This document shows, piece after piece, positions 1-8,771 of a stretch of DNA of 50,674 nucleotides; within the stretch, counting starts at the first letter, position 1; every line of letters starts with the position of its first letter. The stretch covers positions 1 through 50,674 of the forward strand of contig JBBDRO010000026.1 of NCBI GenBank assembly GCA_040905425.1, in the 5' to 3' direction. The notes below the pieces were generated by a model that saw nothing but the letters and a program-made list of their open reading frames with translations, searched no databases and was not told the origin of the DNA. The stretch comes from Gemmatimonadota bacterium (lineage in GTDB: Bacteria > Gemmatimonadota > Gemmatimonadetes > Longimicrobiales > RSA9). The position numbers and the translations under genes were made by a program.

Positions 1-325
1 GGCGGGCGGGCGGCGGGCGGGCGGCGGGCGGTGCGGGGTTGCGCCGGCCGCCGCCTGAACGGCCTACCCGTCCCCTGAGGGGGTCGCCTGGACCGGGCCG
101 GTGTCCCCGAAAGTGGACGCTCGTCGCGGCCAGCCCATCCGCCACGCCACCGCTGGAAATCACCTAAATCGTTGTGTTCGTGCCACTTGTCGGTCAAGGC
201 ACCGCGTCGGGCACGCCCGGACCGGAACCTGCCCTTAGAGAGGCCGCGAGCCGCACCGCTGCCCCGACGGGCGGCGTCCGCGGCACCGGCGCGGCGACGC
301 GCTCCCGGAGAAATCAGGAGACACC

Positions 326-958
326 ATGTCCGCATTCGGCGCACACGAGCACGCAGTGGCCTCCCCGGCGCGAGCCCGGCTCAAGGAGCTGGATGACAGC
401 GGCGTGGTGGCGGCCATCCTGGGCGGCGAGCGGCGCGCCTTCGACGAACTGGTGGTGCGCTACAACCAGCGCCTGGTGAACTTCGTCTACCGCACCATCG
501 GTGACCGTGAGCGCGCGGAGGACCTGGTCCAGGAGACATTCGTGCGCGTCTACCGGCACCTGCACCGCTTCGATCAGGCGCGCAAGTTCTCCACCTGGAT
601 CTACACCATCGCGGGGAACCTGGCCAAGAACGAGCTGCGCAACCGGTCGCGCAACCCGCTGGTGCTCTTCCAGACGCTCAAGCAGAACTGGGATGCGGAC
701 CACCGGCCGCTGGAGTGGGAGGACAACACCTACCGGCCGGATGACCTGTACCGCAAGCGGCACCTGCGGGAGACAGTGGAGAAGGCCGTGGCCCAGCTGC
801 CCGAGCACCATCGCCTGGTTTTCGTGCTGCGCGAGATGGAGGGCAAGACGTACGAGGAGATTGCCGACATCACGGGCGTGAACCTGGGCACGGTGAAAAG
901 CCGGCTGAACCGCGCGCGCAACAACTTCGCGCAGATCATCGCGCCGATGCTCGACTAG
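326..958 (+). CDS. ECF RNA polymerase sigma factor (RpoE/SigW-like)
   Basis: Region 2 (AEDLVQETFVRVY...FSTWIYTIAGN) and region 4 (LREMEGKTYEEIADITGVNLGTVKSRLNRAR); AGGAG RBS at 316-320. Confidence 0.95.
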   Translation: MSAFGAHEHAVASPARARLKELDDSGVVAAILGGERRAFDELVVRYNQRLVNFVYRTIGDRERAEDLVQETFVRVYRHLHRFDQARKFSTWIYTIAGNLAKNELRNRSRNPLVLFQTLKQNWDADHRPLEWEDNTYRPDDLYRKRHLRETVEKAVAQLPEHHRLVFVLREMEGKTYEEIADITGVNLGTVKSRLNRARNNFAQIIAPMLD

Positions 959-1102
959 TCTGCGCGGTGTGCGCCGCCCCGCCCGCACCGGGGGGCGGCG
1001 GCGCCGCCATCGACGATCCGGGACGGCGCGCGCGTCCCGCACGAACAGGTCCGCGGGTCGGCCTCCTGGCAGGGGGTCGGCCCGCGTGGCATTTTGGGTG
1101 AC

Positions 1103-2587
1103 ATGCGCGCACGCCCCCGTTTCCGGCTTCGTCTGCCCGACCCGCTCGTGCTCCTGGTGGGCGCGGTGCTCGTGGCCGCCCTGCTCACCTGGCTGCTGCC
1201 CCCCGGCGCCTACGAGCGGGCGGCGGACCCGGCCACCGGCCGCGAGGTGGTGGTGGCGGGCAGCTTCCAGCCCATCGACGCCGAACCGGTGGGGCCCTTC
1301 GACGCGCTGGTGGCGCTGACGCGCGGCATGACCGAGGCCGGCGACATCATCTTCCTTGTCCTCCTGGTGGGCGGCGCCTTCGTGGTGGTGGAGCGCACGG
1401 GTGCCCTGCACGCGGGCATCGAGCGGGCGTTGCGGGTCTTCGGGCGCCAGGACCTGCTCATGATCCCCCTGGCCGTGATCCTCTTTGCCTCCGGCGGCGT
1501 GCTCTTCAACATGCAGGAGGAGTTCGTGGGGCTGATCCCCGTGCTCCTGCTGGTCACCGCGCGCCTGGGGCTGGACCCGCTCATGGCGGTGGCCATGAGC
1601 ATGGGCGCGGCCATGGTGGGCTCGGCCTTCAGCCCCATCAATCCGTTCCAGGTGGGCATCGCGCAGAAGCTGGCGCAGCTGCCGCCGCTCTCGGGCGGGG
1701 CGTACCGCATCGGCTTCCTGCTGGTGGCGGTGGCCATCTGGAGCGTGGCGCTCATGCGCCACGCACGGCGCACCCGCGCGGCGGGCCGCGCCCGGGCGGC
1801 CGCGGGCGCAACGGCGGCGCCGGGCGCAACGGCGGCTGCGGCCGCAACGGCACCGCAGGGCGCAACGGCGGCTGCGGCTGCCACGGCGCATGCGGGTGCC
1901 TCGGCGGACGAGCGCGCGCCGGTGACGGGCGGCGCGGACGTCGCTTACCACGCACACACGCTGATCCTGCTCCTCATCCCCGTGACCTTCGGCATCTACG
2001 TGTGGGGCGCCATGACGCGCGATTGGGGCTTCCACGAGATGAGCGGCCTGTTCTTCCTCATGGCCGTGACGGCGGGGCTGGTGGGGCGGCTCGGCCTGGA
2101 CGGCACCGCCCGCGCGTATGCGGAGGGCTTCCGTGAGATGGCCTTCGCGGCCGTGCTCATCGGTGTGGCCCGCGCCATCTTCGTGGTGCTCGCCGACGGC
2201 GGCGTCATCGACACCATCGTGCACGGCCTCTTCCAGCCGCTGGACGGGCTGCCGGCGCCGGTGGCGGCCGTGGGCATGATGGGCGTGCAGACGCTCATCC
2301 ACGTGCCGGTGCCCAGCGTGAGCGGCCAGGCGGTGCTCACGCTGCCCATCCTGGTGCCGCTCTCCGATCTGCTCGACATCAGCCGCCAGGTGACGGTGCT
2401 GGCCTACCAGTACGGGGCCGGGCTGTGCGAGCTCATCACCCCCACGAACGGCGCGCTCATGGCCGTGCTGGCGGCCGCCCGCGTGGATTTCGGCCGCTGG
2501 ATCCGCTTCGTGCTGCCGCTCTGGGGCATGCTCTTCGGCCTGGGCGTGGTGAGCGTGGTGCTGGCCCTGGCGCTGGGGCTGCAGTGA
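1103..2587 (+). CDS. YfcC-family (DcuC/ArcD-like) inner-membrane transporter
   Basis: About 12 hydrophobic segments; family-like motifs LPPGAYER, NPFQVGIAQKLA, PSVSGQAVLTLPILVPL and AYQYGAG...ITPT; Ala-rich insertion in a loop. Confidence 0.85.
   Translation: MRARPRFRLRLPDPLVLLVGAVLVAALLTWLLPPGAYERAADPATGREVVVAGSFQPIDAEPVGPFDALVALTRGMTEAGDIIFLVLLVGGAFVVVERTGALHAGIERALRVFGRQDLLMIPLAVILFASGGVLFNMQEEFVGLIPVLLLVTARLGLDPLMAVAMSMGAAMVGSAFSPINPFQVGIAQKLAQLPPLSGGAYRIGFLLVAVAIWSVALMRHARRTRAAGRARAAAGATAAPGATAAAAATAPQGATAAAAATAHAGASADERAPVTGGADVAYHAHTLILLLIPVTFGIYVWGAMTRDWGFHEMSGLFFLMAVTAGLVGRLGLDGTARAYAEGFREMAFAAVLIGVARAIFVVLADGGVIDTIVHGLFQPLDGLPAPVAAVGMMGVQTLIHVPVPSVSGQAVLTLPILVPLSDLLDISRQVTVLAYQYGAGLCELITPTNGALMAVLAAARVDFGRWIRFVLPLWGMLFGLGVVSVVLALALGLQ
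1805..1894 (+). repeat. 18-bp degenerate tandem repeat (about 5 copies) encoding the Ala/Thr-rich loop of the YfcC protein
   Basis: Units resembling ggcgcaacggcggc... start at 1805, 1823, 1841, 1859 and 1877. Confidence 0.8.
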
Positions 2588-2618
2588 GGCCGGCGGATGG
2601 CACCCTTGCCCCTGCCGG

Positions 2619-2646
2619 GGAACTTCCCCGCTCCAGGCCAGTAGTA
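2619..2646 (+). promoter_or_regulatory. Putative ECF-sigma promoter for the anti-sigma/holA operon
   Basis: GGAACT-N16-GTAGTA, about 55 nt upstream of ATG 2702. Confidence 0.45.
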
Positions 2647-2701
2647 CTGGCAATGATGTGGGCGCCGTGGCGCCCTTCCTGGGCCGGGAGCAGAACGCCG
2701 C

Positions 2702-3304
2702 ATGACCTGTCGGGATTACCTGGAAGACTACACCGAGCTGCTGGACGGGTACCTGCCCGCCGAGCGCGCGGACGATCTGCGCGGGCACGCCCGGGCGTGT
2801 CCGGCGTGCGCGGACTACGACCGCACCGTGCGCCGCTCGCTGGAGGAGCTCCGCCGGGTGGAGACCATCGACGTCGCCGACGACTTCGCGCTGCGCCTGC
2901 AGCACCGCCTGCTGCACGTGCGCGAGGAGCGGGCCGGCGGTCTCCGCGGCGCGTCCTCCGGCATGGCCGGCATCGTGGCCGTGGCCGCCTTCCTGGCGCT
3001 GGCCGCGTGGAGTCCGTGGCTCATGGAGCGGCTCACGCAACCCGTGGCGGCGCCGCTCTCCGTGGAGAGTTCTCAAGCGACGTCCCCCGTCGGCGCACCG
3101 GCCGAAGCGGTCACGCGGCCGGCGCTGGATCCGTGGTACGTCAGCACGCCCCGAGGGCTGCTCTTCTCCGCCGTGGACCCCTACCCGGACGACCCGCGCT
3201 ACTCACTGCCGGGGCCGAGTTCGCCCGTCATCGTGGCGCCGCCCGCCACGGGACGCCCGGGGGTGTCCGGCGTGAGCACGCGCCTCAGCGTAGAATACGA
3301 ATAG
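2702..3304 (+). CDS. Zinc-binding anti-sigma factor (zf-HC2/ZAS) with one transmembrane helix
   Basis: MTCRDY...LLDGYL...HARACPAC contains the HxxxCxxC ZAS motif, followed by TM helix GMAGIVAVAAFLALAAW. Confidence 0.88.
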   Translation: MTCRDYLEDYTELLDGYLPAERADDLRGHARACPACADYDRTVRRSLEELRRVETIDVADDFALRLQHRLLHVREERAGGLRGASSGMAGIVAVAAFLALAAWSPWLMERLTQPVAAPLSVESSQATSPVGAPAEAVTRPALDPWYVSTPRGLLFSAVDPYPDDPRYSLPGPSSPVIVAPPATGRPGVSGVSTRLSVEYE

Positions 3305-3354
3305 CCCGAGCCGTTCCCGCCCTGGCGCGCGGCACCCGAGCCCGCGAGTAGCCC

Positions 3355-4365
3355 ATGCCACCCACCGATATCCCGACCCTGCAGCGCGCCCTGGACAAGG
3401 GGCGGCGCGGCGGCGTGTTCTTTCTCTGGGGAGACGAGGAGTACCTCCAGGAGGAGGTGGCCGCCACGCTCGTGGAGGCGCATCTGGACCCCGCCACGCG
3501 GGACTTCAACCTGGACGAGCTGCGCGGCGGTGAGCTGGCGCCCGAGACGCTGGCCTCCGTCCTTGCCACCCCACCCATGATGGCCGAGTGGCGCGTGGTG
3601 GTGGTGCGCGATGTCCAGGCGCTGGCCGGCGCACCCAACACCCGCGCCGCCGTGGAGGAGGCCGCCGCCGCCACGCCGCCGGGACTGGCGCTCATCCTCC
3701 TGGCCCGTATCCCGGACAAGAGCAAGGCCAAGTTCTACACCACGCTGAAGAAGCAGGCCGTGAGCCTGGAGTGCGCGCCGCTGGCGCCGGGGGATGTGCC
3801 GGGCTGGCTGGTGGCGCGCGCCGAGGGGGCGGGGGTCAAGCTCGAGTCGGCCGCCGCGCGCGCCCTGGCCGGGGCGCTCGGCGGCCAGCTCGGCCCGCTC
3901 GTCAAGGAGCTGGAGAAGCTGGTGGATTACATCGGCGAGCGGGGGGTGATCACCGCCGAGGACGTGGCGGCCGTGGTGGAGAACGTGCCCTCGGAGAACC
4001 GCTGGGACTGGTTCGATCGGGTGGGCGGTCGCAGCTTCGCCGAGGCGCGCGCCCGGCTGCCGGTGCTGCTCGAGGCGGACACGGGCGTGGGGCTGGTCAT
4101 CGGCCTGGGCACCCACTTCCTGCGCCTGGGGCTGGCCGTGGCCGGCGGGCAGCGCGCCCTGGACGCCGCCCTGCCGCCCTACCAGCGCTGGGTGGGCCGC
4201 CGCCTGGCGCAGCAGGCGCGCGCCTGGGACATGGCCGGGATCGACGCCGCGCTGGACGATCTGCTGCGCGCCGACCGGCTGCTCAAGAGCGCGTCGCTCA
4301 CGGACCGCCAGGTGCTGGAGGAATTTCTGCTGCGCCGGGAGGTGGGCGCGGAGGCGGCGGCGTGA
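3355..4365 (+). CDS. holA: DNA polymerase III delta subunit
   Basis: FFLWGDEEYL, TRDFNLD, TPPMMAEWRVVVV, KELEKL...ITAEDV and C-terminal DRLLKS; 336 aa. Confidence 0.9.
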   Translation: MPPTDIPTLQRALDKGRRGGVFFLWGDEEYLQEEVAATLVEAHLDPATRDFNLDELRGGELAPETLASVLATPPMMAEWRVVVVRDVQALAGAPNTRAAVEEAAAATPPGLALILLARIPDKSKAKFYTTLKKQAVSLECAPLAPGDVPGWLVARAEGAGVKLESAAARALAGALGGQLGPLVKELEKLVDYIGERGVITAEDVAAVVENVPSENRWDWFDRVGGRSFAEARARLPVLLEADTGVGLVIGLGTHFLRLGLAVAGGQRALDAALPPYQRWVGRRLAQQARAWDMAGIDAALDDLLRADRLLKSASLTDRQVLEEFLLRREVGAEAAA

Positions 4366-5462
4366 GGCGGGCGGGCGGGCGGCGGACGGCGCGCGGCCGG
4401 CGGACGGCCGCGGGCGGGCGGCGTGCGGCGGGCGCCCCGGGGTGGGCGGGCGGCGCGCTGTTGGTGGGCGTGCTGCTGGCCCTTACGCCCGCGGCGCCGG
4501 CCGCGGCGCAGGAGGACGGCCTGGCGCGCGTGGAGGCGCTCCTGCAGGCCGGCCGCATCAGCGACGCGCGTGCGCGCCTGGCGGACTGGCGGGCCGCGGA
4601 GGAGGCGGGCGCCCACGCACGCTTGCGCGCCCGGGCGCTGCTGCTGGAGGCGCGCCTGGCCACCGACCGGGAAGCGGCGGAGGCCGCCTACATGGGCGTG
4701 GTCTACGGCTACCCGGCCGCACCCGAGGCCGCCGACGCGCTGCTGCGCCTGGGGCAGGGCGCGCTCACGGCGGCGGAGGCCACCCGGGCGGCGGGCTACC
4801 TGGAGCGCCTGGTGCGCGACTACCCCGGCACCGCGGCCCGCACCACCGGTCTGCTCTGGCTGGCGCGCGCCCATCGGGCGGACGGCCACGCCGCGCTGGC
4901 CTGTGAGGCGGCCGGCCGCGCCGTGGCGGCCGCCGACGGGGCGCTCCGGCCGCTGGCGCAGGCGGAGCGCGCCGCGGCGTGCGGAGCGGGGACGGGTGCC
5001 ACGCCGGTAGCGGCGCAGGCCGGCAAGCCCCCCGCACGGTCGACCGACCCACCCGTACGTGCGGCCGATCCACCGGTACGCGCCGGTGACCCGCCGGTAC
5101 GCACGGGTGACCCGCCGGTGCGCGAGACGCCCGACGGCCGCTGGACGGCGCAGGTGGGTGCGTTCCGGGCCGTGGCCGGCGCGCGCACCGTGGCGGCCCG
5201 GCTGGAGCGCGCCGGGTTCACCGCTCGCGTGGTGCGCCTGCCCGAGAGTGAGCTGGTGCGCGTGCGCGTGGGCCGCTACGCCACGAGCGCCGCGGCGGCC
5301 GCCACCGTGCGGGCGCTCGGCGCGGCGGGCTTCGACGCCGTCGTGGAGGCGAACGCGCGCGCGGAGCTCCCACCCACGCGCGCCCCGGCCCGGGCGGTGC
5401 CGTGCGGCCCGGCCGGACGCCTTGTGTGCGTGCCGGCACAGGCGGTAACGTTCAGGCGATGA
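4362..5462 (+). CDS. Exported TPR-like + SPOR-domain protein
   Basis: GTG overlaps the holA stop (GTGA); signal peptide ending AAA|Q; TPR-like YPAAPEAADALLRLGQ...YLERLVRDYP; SPOR motif WTAQVGAF...VRVRVGRY. Start uncertain. Confidence 0.8.
   Translation: MRRAGGRRTARGRRTAAGGRRAAGAPGWAGGALLVGVLLALTPAAPAAAQEDGLARVEALLQAGRISDARARLADWRAAEEAGAHARLRARALLLEARLATDREAAEAAYMGVVYGYPAAPEAADALLRLGQGALTAAEATRAAGYLERLVRDYPGTAARTTGLLWLARAHRADGHAALACEAAGRAVAAADGALRPLAQAERAAACGAGTGATPVAAQAGKPPARSTDPPVRAADPPVRAGDPPVRTGDPPVRETPDGRWTAQVGAFRAVAGARTVAARLERAGFTARVVRLPESELVRVRVGRYATSAAAAATVRALGAAGFDAVVEANARAELPPTRAPARAVPCGPAGRLVCVPAQAVTFRR
5046..5129 (+). repeat. 21-bp tandem repeat x4 encoding (DPPVRxx)4 linker
   Basis: gacccacccgtacgtgcggcc / gatccaccggtacgcgccggt / gacccgccggtacgcacgggt / gacccgccggtgcgcgagacg. 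Confidence 0.9.
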
Positions 5463-5788
5463 GCGCACCGCATAGCACGCCGCGGCAGGAGTATCAGGAG
5501 TGGGTCGAGGAGCAGATCGACGACCACAAGTCCGCCCTCAGCCGCGAGGAGCTCCTGGCCCTGGCGGACGAGGCCGTGGAGCAGCTCTTCACCACCCCGG
5601 ACGGGCAGTATCCCCTCACCGAGATCCTGCTGCGCGACGCCGTGGACGCCCTGCTCATGCGGCGCCTGGGGCTGCCCGACTTCCGCCAGTGGCGCAATGC
5701 GCGTCGATCTGACACGGTGAAGCGTCCCATGGAGAGGACGGACGCCGCCGGCGCGGACGGCGGCAAGTCCTCGCAAGACCTTACATAA
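5459..5788 (+). CDS. Hypothetical acidic helical protein (109 aa)
   Basis: ATG overlaps the upstream stop (ATGA); typical GC3-rich codon usage; no motif recognised. Confidence 0.75.
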   Translation: MSAPHSTPRQEYQEWVEEQIDDHKSALSREELLALADEAVEQLFTTPDGQYPLTEILLRDAVDALLMRRLGLPDFRQWRNARRSDTVKRPMERTDAAGADGGKSSQDLT

Positions 5789-5830
5789 CAACAGCTTAGG
5801 CGGTTTGTGAGGTTCTGGTACACGCCGTGC
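5774..5830 (+). promoter_or_regulatory. Putative sigma54 promoter with upstream IHF-like sites
   Basis: TGGTACACGCCGTGC (GG 5817-18, N10, GC 5829-30); CAA-N4-TTA at 5774-5783 and 5789-5798. Confidence 0.5.
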
Positions 5831-5915
5831 CCTGGTTATGGCGCGCGCCCGCGACGAGGCCGGCGCCACGGATCCCGACCGATCCGCATCAGGCACAGCG
5901 TACCGGAGCATCATC

Positions 5916-6086
5916 ATGGACACGCCGCACGCAGCGGCAGCGGGCCGACGCGAGCCGGAGCCCGTGGGGATCGTCATTCACGATCGTCACGAGCCGGCCA
6001 GGCGCCCCGCCATTGCCGCGTTCATATGGGGCGGCAAGGTCCGCCCCGCGCCGGCGCTTCCCTACGGGAGGCGGACGGCCGCATAG
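5916..6086 (+). CDS. Small hypothetical protein (56 aa)
   Basis: GGAG RBS at 5905-5908, 7 nt before the ATG; protein-like core GIVIHD...AAFIWG; followed by a terminator. Confidence 0.6.
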   Translation: MDTPHAAAAGRREPEPVGIVIHDRHEPARRPAIAAFIWGGKVRPAPALPYGRRTAA

Positions 6087-6120
6087 ATCGGCGGCGCCCC
6101 GCGCGCCGCCCGCAGCACCT

Positions 6121-6160
6121 ACGGGCCCCGGATCTCAGCGATCCGTGGGCCCGTTTTTTT
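6121..6160 (+). terminator. Intrinsic terminator
   Basis: Stem-loop acgggccc-cggatc-tcagc-gatccg-t-gggcccgt running into a T7 tract. Confidence 0.85.
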
Positions 6161-6180
6161 GGGCGCGGTTATGATTAGGC

Positions 6181-7527
6181 ATGAACGCCGTAGCTGAGGG
6201 GCGCCCCGCGCACGTGGCCGTGGTGGGCGGCGGGCCCGCCGGGTTGGCCGCGGCTACACGGCTGCTGGAGGCGGGCCGCCGGGTCACGCTGCTCGAGGCG
6301 GGCGCCGCGCCGGGCGGGCTGCTGCGCACCGACGCGCTGGAGGGCGCCCTGCTCGACCCGGCCGTCCAGCTCGTGGCGGACAGCTATACCCGCTTCCTGA
6401 ACCTCGTCCGCCGGACGGGTGCAGGTGGCCTGCTGGTGCGCGCCCCCGGAAAGGACGCGCTCTGGCGCGGCGGGCGGGTCCATCCCATCACCTACGGCTC
6501 CATTGTCAGCATGAGCGCCTCCGGTGCGCTGCCCGTGACGCTGAAGCTCCGCCTGGCCGCGCGCTACCTGCCCTTCCTGAAGCGGCACGCCGCGGGGCTG
6601 GACGCCAACGACCCGCTGGGCACCGGCGGCGCGCGCCACGACGATGTATCGGTGGCGGCGTGGGGCGCCGAGCACGTGGGGGGCGGCGACTTCGCGGAGC
6701 TGCTGGCCTATCCGCTCCTGGGTGCCTACTACGGCGCCACCCCCGAGGAGACGGCCGCGGCCTTCTACCACGGACTGGCGCGCGAGGGGATGGACGTGCG
6801 CGTCTACGGGGCGCGCGGGGGTATGGGCGCCCTGGCCGCGGCCGTGGTGGCGGAGCTGGTGGCGCGCGGCCTGGAGGTGCGGAGCGGGGTGGAGGTGCGG
6901 CGCGTCCGGCCCGAGGGGCAGGGGGCACGGGTGGAGGCGGATGGCGGCGCGGCGGGCGGGGAGCGCTTCGACGGGGTGGTGGTGGCGGTGCCCGCGCCGG
7001 TCGCGGCCCGCCTCCTCGGTGCGGACGGCGCGCTCGGTGGCTGGCTGGCGGGCGTGCGTACGCGCTCCTCGGCCACGGTGGGCTTGGTACTCGACCGACC
7101 GGCCCGCGTGGACTGGTTCGGCCTCTCCTTCCCGCGCGCCAGCATGCCGGGTCGGGCCCTGGTGGCCGCCACCGTGCAGGGCAACAAGGCCGGGCTCGAG
7201 GGCTCCACTGCGCTGGTGCTGATGCCCGCTCCGGCGCGGGCGGAAGAGCTGACCGCCGCGTCATCCGAAGCGGCTGTGGAGGCGCTGCTGGGACCCCTGG
7301 AGGCCGCGCTGCCCGGCGTGCGGGAGCGCGTGGTGCGGGCGCGCCACTACACCTTTCCGGACGGCTACACGCTCTTCCCGCCGGGCTACGTGGCGCATCT
7401 GGCGCGCTTCCAGGAGGACTGGCTGCCGGCGGGCGTGGCGTTGGCGGGAGGCTACCGCGTGGCGCCCACCGTGGAGGGGGCGGTGCGCAGCGGCGAGCGG
7501 GCGGCGGAGCGGCTGCTGGGGGAGTGA
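6181..7527 (+). CDS. FAD-dependent oxidoreductase (protoporphyrinogen oxidase / amine oxidase family)
   Basis: VAVVGGGPAGLAAA...VTLLEA...PGG dinucleotide-binding motif; C-terminal LAGGY...TVEGAVRSGERAA. Confidence 0.85.
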   Translation: MNAVAEGRPAHVAVVGGGPAGLAAATRLLEAGRRVTLLEAGAAPGGLLRTDALEGALLDPAVQLVADSYTRFLNLVRRTGAGGLLVRAPGKDALWRGGRVHPITYGSIVSMSASGALPVTLKLRLAARYLPFLKRHAAGLDANDPLGTGGARHDDVSVAAWGAEHVGGGDFAELLAYPLLGAYYGATPEETAAAFYHGLAREGMDVRVYGARGGMGALAAAVVAELVARGLEVRSGVEVRRVRPEGQGARVEADGGAAGGERFDGVVVAVPAPVAARLLGADGALGGWLAGVRTRSSATVGLVLDRPARVDWFGLSFPRASMPGRALVAATVQGNKAGLEGSTALVLMPAPARAEELTAASSEAAVEALLGPLEAALPGVRERVVRARHYTFPDGYTLFPPGYVAHLARFQEDWLPAGVALAGGYRVAPTVEGAVRSGERAAERLLGE

Positions 7528-7573
7528 GGGGACCGGCGGTCAGGCGCCGGTCCCCTGCACACGCGGTGTGGCA

Positions 7574-8761
7574 TCAGTCCCGCGGCAGCGTCACCCGCAC
7601 GCGCTGCCGCTTGCGTAGCACCTCCAGCACCACCGGCTCGTCTCGGGGCGCGCGCTCGATGGCGCGGCGCAGCTCCGCCACGGTGGCCACGCCGCGCCCG
7701 GCGGCGCTCACGATGAGGTCGCCGCTGCGCAGGTCGGCGCGGTAGGCGGGCGTGGCGTCCGGCACCTCCAGCACCAGCAGCCCCTCGTCGGCCCCCAGCT
7801 CCAGCGCCTCGGCCAGCGCACCGCTCACCTCCTGCAGATGGGCGCCGGCCACGGCGCGTTCTCCAAAGAAGCGCCAGGAGGGGGCCGCGCGCTCGAACAG
7901 GGTGCCCTCGAAGTGGCGCGCGGAGTCGGGGAAGAAAACGCGGACGCTGCCAGGGTCCTGATCGCTCACCCAGCTCTGACTGAAGACGCGGAAGTGAGCG
8001 GAGTCGCCCATCATGCTGTCCCGCTGCACGCGGAGCATGCCGCGGAAGCGGTCCGCCATGCTGTCGGCGGTGAACACGCGATGCGTGCTGTCGCCGCTCA
8101 GCACGCGCAGCCGGAAGTTGAAGTTGCTCGAGTCGGGGAAGATCTCCATGAGATGGGTACGGATCGTGTCCAGCTGCACGCCCAACCTCCCCAGGGAGCG
8201 GCTCGGCAGGCGCTCCACCATCACCTCCGGCAGGCGGCGGATGGAAAGGCTGTGCGCCGCCGAGTCCATGAGGATGCGCACCCGCCCCATGATGGAGTCG
8301 GTCTGGAAGGAGACGATGCCCATGCTCGGGGAGAGGGCCACGTAGGCGGCCGGCCGCTCGCCAGCGGTGAGCGCTATGCGCCGCTCCCCGCCTGCGCGCC
8401 GCACCAGCACGTCCACTTCGTCGCCCGGCGAGAGGGAGGCGGCCAGCGAGCCGATGAGTTCCTCACTCGCGGCCAGGCCGTTCACGCTGAGCAGCGTGTC
8501 ACCCACTTCCAGGCCCGCTGCCTCCGCCGGGGAGCCCTCCACCACCCGGGTGATCACCACGACCGGGCGCTGGGCGCCCTCGGCGCGGCGCCCCGGCTCG
8601 AAGCTGATGCCGATCCAGCCGCCGGCCATGGCCGGTCGGATCCACACCCGCTCCGGCTCCTGCGCCGCGGCGGGAGCCGCCAGGGTGGCGGCCAGGGTGG
8701 CGGCCAGGGTGAGGGCCAGCAGGGCCGCCCCCGCTACGGGAAGCGCTCGTCTCGTGTTCAT
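7574..8761 (-). CDS. Exported protein with two PDZ domains
   Basis: Signal peptide ending AAA|Q; PDZ1 GWIGISF...VVEGSPAEAAGLEVGDTLLSVNG; PDZ2 GLLVLEVPDATPAYRADLRSGDLIV; no protease motif seen. Confidence 0.85.
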   Translation of the reverse strand: MNTRRALPVAGAALLALTLAATLAATLAAPAAAQEPERVWIRPAMAGGWIGISFEPGRRAEGAQRPVVVITRVVEGSPAEAAGLEVGDTLLSVNGLAASEELIGSLAASLSPGDEVDVLVRRAGGERRIALTAGERPAAYVALSPSMGIVSFQTDSIMGRVRILMDSAAHSLSIRRLPEVMVERLPSRSLGRLGVQLDTIRTHLMEIFPDSSNFNFRLRVLSGDSTHRVFTADSMADRFRGMLRVQRDSMMGDSAHFRVFSQSWVSDQDPGSVRVFFPDSARHFEGTLFERAAPSWRFFGERAVAGAHLQEVSGALAEALELGADEGLLVLEVPDATPAYRADLRSGDLIVSAAGRGVATVAELRRAIERAPRDEPVVLEVLRKRQRVRVTLPRD

Positions 8762-8771
8762 GGTGCTGCTC

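Noticed and set aside
1..30. ggcgggcgggc repeats at the window start
   Set aside because: Low-complexity GC repeat cut by the window edge; no function can be supported.
165..246. Promoter of the first ECF sigma (GGAACC at 224, or GG-N10-GC at 219-232 with an IHF-like site at 165-174)
   Set aside because: GGAACC has no convincing -10 at the right spacing, and the sigma54 match is limited to GG and GC.
4356..4434. Possible duplication of the holA/SPOR junction (ggcggcgtg[a/c]ggcgggcg, 61 bp apart)
   Set aside because: Lies in very low-complexity GC sequence; the second copy has no stop codon, so it does not reproduce the lptF/lptG relay.
6181..7527. Naming the flavoprotein hemY/hemG
   Set aside because: Only family-level FAD motifs are visible and there are no neighbouring heme genes.
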